DNA of 36,315 nucleotides, taken from positions 1-36,315 of the forward strand of contig CAYVIU010000002.1 of NCBI GenBank assembly GCA_964451625.1, written 5' to 3'. This stretch comes from an uncultured Planctomycetia bacterium. GTDB lineage: Bacteria > Omnitrophota > Gorgyraeia > JABMRJ01 > CAYVIU01. The position numbers were made by a program, and so were the translations under genes. Of the stretch, positions 32,114 through 36,315 are shown in pieces. Position 1 is the first letter of the stretch; each line of letters opens with the position of its first letter. The notes under the pieces are model-generated. The model was not told where the DNA came from. It searched no databases and was given only the letters and a program-made list of their open reading frames with translations.

Positions 32114-33232
32114 ATGAATAAAAAAGGAATAGCATTTTTAACTACAGTTATAATACTCGGCATAATAACCCTTGTATGCGCCGGGCTTACATTTGTTGTT
32201 ATCAATGATGCGTACAGCATAAAACAGCTGCGCTATGCCACACAGGCATTTTGCCTTGCAGAGGCAGGTGTTGAAGAGGCAGTACGCACACTTTATGATA
32301 CAGGCTTTGACACCTCCGGATACCCGATGGCAAACATTGCATTGGGAAACGGCACTTACAGCGTGGCCCTGACAAATCATCCCACGGATGACCTGGTGCT
32401 GATTACATCTACAGGTACTGTCCGGGGTGTTTCGAGGACAGTTGAGGCGATGGTCAGGGACAATACCATTGATGCATTTACTTATCCGGTCCTCTGCGGC
32501 GGCAGGCTTTTTATAGCGGGAGGACTGGCACTTTTTGGAGGAGCGAACACACAGGTTTACGGCGGGGATGTACGCTCTAACAGCGCCAATCAGAACTGGG
32601 CCGTGTATGTCGGCGGCCTTATAACAAGCGGCTATGTGGACGAAGACGCATATGCATGTGGGAGAATCAGGAGGAGCTGGTTAGGTGTTATAAACGGCGA
32701 TGAAAACCCAAACTCTCCTGCCGTTGAGATGCCGCCTTTCGACGCAAGTTTTTTTGATTATTATAAAGACCTGGCACAAAACGGAGGTTTGTATTATAAT
32801 GGGCACAAGACATTTACGGCCGGTACATACACACCGGGAAACGGCGTAATGTTTGTAAACGGCAATGCGACCGTGCGGGGAAACGTTACAATAAACGGAT
32901 GCCTGGTTGCGACTGGCCAGATTCGCGTTAACCCCAATTTTGGAAATTATACATTTACACAGAACCAGGTAGGGAACCTCCCCGCGCTCATGACCAAGGG
33001 AGGGAACATAGGAATATATTGCCCGTCCACAATAAACGGGCTTATATATACAAGCAACAGAATTACAACCTTTTCACTTCCGGTATTGGGGGTCATAGAT
33101 ATAGACGGTATTGTGATAGGAAAAGGCGGCGTATTTTTATATGCAGTGACACAGGTAGATTTTGTGCCTCAGACTGTGCCGGGCATCCCCGGAACTGATT
33201 CACCGGTGCAGATAGAGGCATGGAGCGGATAA
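32114..33232 (+). CDS. PilX/GspK-like pilin-like protein lacking Glu+5
   Basis: MNKKG/IAFLTTVIILGIITLVCAGLTFVV has a PilX_N-like hydrophobic helix with no E at +5. The C-terminal half is rich in G/N/T beta-strand-like repeats (GNATVRGNVTINGCLVATGQIRV). Confidence 0.65.
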   Translation: MNKKGIAFLTTVIILGIITLVCAGLTFVVINDAYSIKQLRYATQAFCLAEAGVEEAVRTLYDTGFDTSGYPMANIALGNGTYSVALTNHPTDDLVLITSTGTVRGVSRTVEAMVRDNTIDAFTYPVLCGGRLFIAGGLALFGGANTQVYGGDVRSNSANQNWAVYVGGLITSGYVDEDAYACGRIRRSWLGVINGDENPNSPAVEMPPFDASFFDYYKDLAQNGGLYYNGHKTFTAGTYTPGNGVMFVNGNATVRGNVTINGCLVATGQIRVNPNFGNYTFTQNQVGNLPALMTKGGNIGIYCPSTINGLIYTSNRITTFSLPVLGVIDIDGIVIGKGGVFLYAVTQVDFVPQTVPGIPGTDSPVQIEAWSG

Positions 33233-34107
33233 TGGCCACTAAGGAAAAAGTAATAATAGGGCTTGATATAGGCAGTACATCTCTCAAATACGCAAACCTC
33301 GTCCAGATCAAGGGCGGCTTTGAGCTTGCCGGCTTTGGAGTGCGTGATTTAAATGAGCTGAAGGACCTGGCAAAAGAACTCCCCAATAAAAACGTAAACA
33401 TATCAATCTGCGGCCCGGCCGTTATCGTCAGATACATACAGCTTCCGAAGATGAAGGAAGAGGAGCTTGCCAGCTCCCTTGAGTTTGAAGCCGAAAAATA
33501 CATACCGTTTAACATATCCGATGTGATACTCGACCACCAGATTCTGGAAAAAGACGCAGCCGAGAAAATGAAGGTTCTCCTTGTGGCCGCAAAAAAGGAT
33601 CTGGTCCAGGGCAGGATAAAACTGCTGGAGGACGCAGGCCTTGTGCCCAACATTATAGATGTCGATTCCTTTGCCGTGATAAACGCCTTTACATTAAATA
33701 ATCCCACTCCTGACCCGGATAAGGTGATGGCACTCCTTAATATGGGCGAGAGGATCAACAGCGTAAATATTATTTCAAACAACATCCCCTACTTCACCCG
33801 CACGTTTACGACAGGGGCCGCGGATGCGCTGGAAGAGGCCAGGATTGCGGATATGTCCAATGAGATAAGGGCCTCATTCAGTTATCTTGAAAATCAGATC
33901 GGAAGAGGCATTGACCAGATATACATAAGCGGCATGTCCTCCGGGATGGAGGGGATCATCCGTATTTTGAACGAAACCCTCGGGGTGGAAACAAAGAACT
34001 GGGACCCGACCGCCATACTTGCGGTAAGGGATACGGTGCCGAAGGAAGGCTTGAACAATATCAAAAACGAACTCGCCGTCGCAATAGGCCTGGCATTACG
34101 GGAATAA
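33232..34107 (+). CDS. pilM: Type IV pilus assembly protein PilM (actin-like fold)
   Basis: VIIGLDIGSTSLKYA and the family-typical IIDVDSFAV and VNIISNNIPYFTR. The start is taken at the TAATG overlap; the ATG at 33220 is an alternative. Confidence 0.9.
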   Translation: MATKEKVIIGLDIGSTSLKYANLVQIKGGFELAGFGVRDLNELKDLAKELPNKNVNISICGPAVIVRYIQLPKMKEEELASSLEFEAEKYIPFNISDVILDHQILEKDAAEKMKVLLVAAKKDLVQGRIKLLEDAGLVPNIIDVDSFAVINAFTLNNPTPDPDKVMALLNMGERINSVNIISNNIPYFTRTFTTGAADALEEARIADMSNEIRASFSYLENQIGRGIDQIYISGMSSGMEGIIRILNETLGVETKNWDPTAILAVRDTVPKEGLNNIKNELAVAIGLALRE

Positions 34108-34110
34108 AAT

Positions 34111-34776
34111 ATGATTGAAATAAATCTACTGCCAAAAGAACTGAAGAAGAAGAGATCGCAGTTTAAGATGCCCGACATAACGTTCATCTTTATGCCTGCT
34201 GCAGTCGGACTTGTGGGGCTTCTTATTTTGGTCCAGGTGCTGCTTACCGCCACCATTGCCTATAAGAGTTCGCAATACAAAGGCCTCGATAAAAAGTGGA
34301 ACAAAATACTTCCTGAAAAGACACAGATAGATTCCATCAAGGGCCAGATAAGGGGCGTCCAGAAAAAGGTAGACGCGATCGACAAGCTTATTGTTAAAAG
34401 GACCCTCTGGTCCCGCCGCCTGAATGATATAAGCGACTCAATGATCCCGGGTATCTGGCTTGTCAAGCTGTCCATAGATGAGAAGACCGTACATTTTAAG
34501 GCCAAAACCAAGTACCTGCCCTCAAGAAAGAGAAAGGCATCCGCGGCAGCCGGCTCGGAAGAAAAGGCGAAGGTTGTAAGGTATCTCAACATAGAGGGAT
34601 GTGCCTCAAGCACATACGGGGACGAGACCGCCACTGTCGGAAGATTTATCGAAAGCCTCAAAGAAAACGAAAGCTTTTTTGAAAGCTTTTCTGAAATCGA
34701 GCTCGAGCTCATCGAGAGAAAAGTAATAAAAGATATCGAGCTCATGAAATTCAGGCTTAGTTGTTATTTTAAATAA
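34111..34776 (+). CDS. pilN: Type IV pilus assembly protein PilN
   Basis: N-terminal IEINLLPKE, a single TM segment and a coiled coil, directly after pilM. Confidence 0.85.
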   Translation: MIEINLLPKELKKKRSQFKMPDITFIFMPAAVGLVGLLILVQVLLTATIAYKSSQYKGLDKKWNKILPEKTQIDSIKGQIRGVQKKVDAIDKLIVKRTLWSRRLNDISDSMIPGIWLVKLSIDEKTVHFKAKTKYLPSRKRKASAAAGSEEKAKVVRYLNIEGCASSTYGDETATVGRFIESLKENESFFESFSEIELELIERKVIKDIELMKFRLSCYFK

Positions 34777-34787
34777 AAAGGCAGGAT

Positions 34788-35387
34788 ATGAAATTATTTG
34801 ATACAGAAAAATTGAAGAGCCACCTTAAGCTGGGTAAGGACAAGAAGCAGACAGCAATCCTTATAGTGCTCATTATTGTACTGGCCATTGTCATGTACCT
34901 CCTTTTATTGTTTAAGCCTGCCCTGACGAGCCTTACAGATCTGCTCCCCAAGGTATACAACAAAAACGCAGAGCTTAAAACAGCCCTGAGGGATATAGCA
35001 AATCGTGAAGCGATAGAGAAAAAACGCGATTCGCTCATGTCAAAGGTGGAAGAATATGAAAAGATGCTCCCCGGCAAAAAGGAAATCCCGAAACTCCTCG
35101 AAAACCTTTCAGAAGTGGCGGCAAAATCCGGGGTTAAAATCCTGAGCATAAAACCCGTCAAGCTTACGGACAAAGAACGCGCCCAAAGCGCGAGCTACCA
35201 GGAAGTGCCTGTTCAGATAAGCGCAAAGTGCGGCTACCACCAGCTTGGAAAGTTCCTGGAACGCCTTGAGACAGGCCCAAGGCTCATGAAGGTGAGCGAC
35301 ATAGAGATACAGGGCGACACCAATGCAGTCACCGAGCACAGGGTAAAATTGATGATAGTTACCTACACCTTAACAAAGGGTAAATAA
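34788..35387 (+). CDS. pilO: Type IV pilus assembly protein PilO
   Basis: TM segment, coiled coil, and a ferredoxin-like C-terminus (YQEVPVQISAKCGYHQLGKFLERLE...RLMKV). Confidence 0.85.
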   Translation: MKLFDTEKLKSHLKLGKDKKQTAILIVLIIVLAIVMYLLLLFKPALTSLTDLLPKVYNKNAELKTALRDIANREAIEKKRDSLMSKVEEYEKMLPGKKEIPKLLENLSEVAAKSGVKILSIKPVKLTDKERAQSASYQEVPVQISAKCGYHQLGKFLERLETGPRLMKVSDIEIQGDTNAVTEHRVKLMIVTYTLTKGK

Positions 35388-35740
35388 TGCTAAAAGCCTT
35401 CACAGCAATTTTTATATTACTTCTGCTAACGGGCCAGGTGGCCGCGGAAGAAACATTTACATATAACTCCGAAGGAAACCGCGACCCGTTCATACCCCTC
35501 ATAACCGAAAACATAAAGTTCGGCTCGGGCCTTGTGGGTGTGGAGACTGCCGATGACCTGAACCTCGAAGGGATAGTCTGGGACCCTGAAGGAGAGTCAG
35601 TGGCAATACTAAACGGCATGATATTAAAGGAGCATGAGCAGATAAACAATGTCAGGATTACAAAGATTGAATCTACAAAGATCACCTTAATGATAAATGA
35701 TGCGGAATACACCATAAAATTGATTAAAGAGGAGGAATAG
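35387..35740 (+). CDS. pilP: PilP-like pilus assembly protein (secreted, not lipidated)
   Basis: A signal peptide without a lipobox Cys, RDPFIP, and then LNLEGIVWDPEGESVAILNG...ITKIESTKITL, a PilP-type beta domain. Confidence 0.7.
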   Translation: MLKAFTAIFILLLLTGQVAAEETFTYNSEGNRDPFIPLITENIKFGSGLVGVETADDLNLEGIVWDPEGESVAILNGMILKEHEQINNVRITKIESTKITLMINDAEYTIKLIKEEE

Positions 35741-35744
35741 TGCT

Positions 35745-36315
35745 ATGATAAAGAATAAAATATTTTTGAGTACCCTCGCATTCATATTTTTGTTCTCTAC
35801 AACTGTTGTGGGCGCCGAGGAGGATGCCCAGGCAGTGGCGGCTGAGGAGCTGAAGGCTGCCGGCGGCGGGGAAGCCTCTGCCGCAGGGGAAGAAACCTCT
35901 CCCGGCAACGTAACAATGGACTTTAAAAACGCCGATATATCAAACGTCCTGAGAATCCTGTCCTATAAGAGCGGCGTCAATATCGTGGCCGGCCCTGAGG
36001 TGAAGGGCATGGTTACGATTCGGCTCACTGATGTCCCCTGGGAGAAGGCGCTCGATGTGGTATTGAGGACATACGGTTTCGCATACGAAAGGGTGGGGAA
36101 CATCATAAGGGTAACCACAATCGAGAGCCTGAAACAGGAAGAACTTACAACCGAGGTCTACAGCCTGAGCTACGGCAAGGCAGAGGACGTAAACGAGGCC
36201 ATAGAAAACATGCTTACCGAACGCGGCAAGACAAAGTTTGATGAGAGGACAAACACCCTTGTTGTTACAGATATCCCGACCAACCTTTACAAGATAAGCC
36301 AGGTCATAGAAAAGC
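35745..36315 (+). CDS. pilQ: Type IV pilus secretin PilQ, 3'-truncated by the window edge
   Basis: This ORF is not in the ORF track because it runs off the edge. It has a signal peptide MIKNKIFLSTLAFIFLFSTTVVGA. An N0-like domain follows (VTMDFKNADISNVLRILSYKSGVNIVAGPEVKGMVTIRLTDVPWEKALDVVL). A secretin N1-type domain comes next (EVYSLSYGKAEDVNEAI...TNTLVVTDIP). Confidence 0.9.
   Translation, partial: MIKNKIFLSTLAFIFLFSTTVVGAEEDAQAVAAEELKAAGGGEASAAGEETSPGNVTMDFKNADISNVLRILSYKSGVNIVAGPEVKGMVTIRLTDVPWEKALDVVLRTYGFAYERVGNIIRVTTIESLKQEELTTEVYSLSYGKAEDVNEAIENMLTERGKTKFDERTNTLVVTDIPTNLYKISQVIEK

Overview
This is a 36.3-kb bacterial chromosomal segment of diderm type (it encodes lspA, lgt and a PilQ secretin). 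Every credible gene lies on the + strand. All long minus-strand ORFs in the track look like antisense shadows of + strand genes.

Left edge (1-3.2 kb, visibly AT-richer and accessory-looking):
- The 3' part of a large ORF that enters from upstream. It is built from a duplicated ~105-aa module and ends in a degenerate P-loop kinase-like domain.
- A small nucleotidyltransferase-fold gene with a translationally coupled 75-codon partner.

Core block (3.2-20.3 kb):
- yggS-proC-yggT and mtnP.
- ileS-(TraR/DksA family)-lspA-lgt-rluD.
- A membrane-anchored coiled-coil protein coupled to aroA.
- mreB-mreC-mreD-mrdA-rodA, with mrdA split by a 1-nt frameshift in a C-run.
- A TIGR03960-like B12-binding radical SAM gene.

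Pilus block (20.3 kb to the right edge):
- A HAMP-GAF-GGDEF diguanylate cyclase is followed directly by a complete type IVa pilus locus.
- The locus holds pilT, a free-standing MshEN/T2SSE_N domain protein, two tandem pilB paralogs, pilC and three paralogous small pilins.
- It continues with a GspI/J/K-like minor-pilin trio (one member is 720 aa), pilM-N-O-P and the 5' part of pilQ, which runs off the window.

I saw no rRNA, tRNA, CRISPR array, transposase or integrase.

Most interesting observations:
- The diguanylate cyclase / stand-alone MshEN / dual PilB arrangement suggests c-di-GMP control of the pilus motor.
- The repeat-built edge ORF.
- Two families of short dispersed palindromic repeats. 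One copy supplies the stop codon of aroA.
- The mrdA frameshift.
- A set of near-consensus TGn-extended sigma70-type promoters, with a single canonical intrinsic terminator placed right after the first pilin.

Taxon cannot be assigned from this window. The pilin motifs (C-x-N-L-R, CP-x-G-G-x-Y) and the ileS-dksA-lspA order are only weak hints of a PVC-like or other uncultivated lineage.
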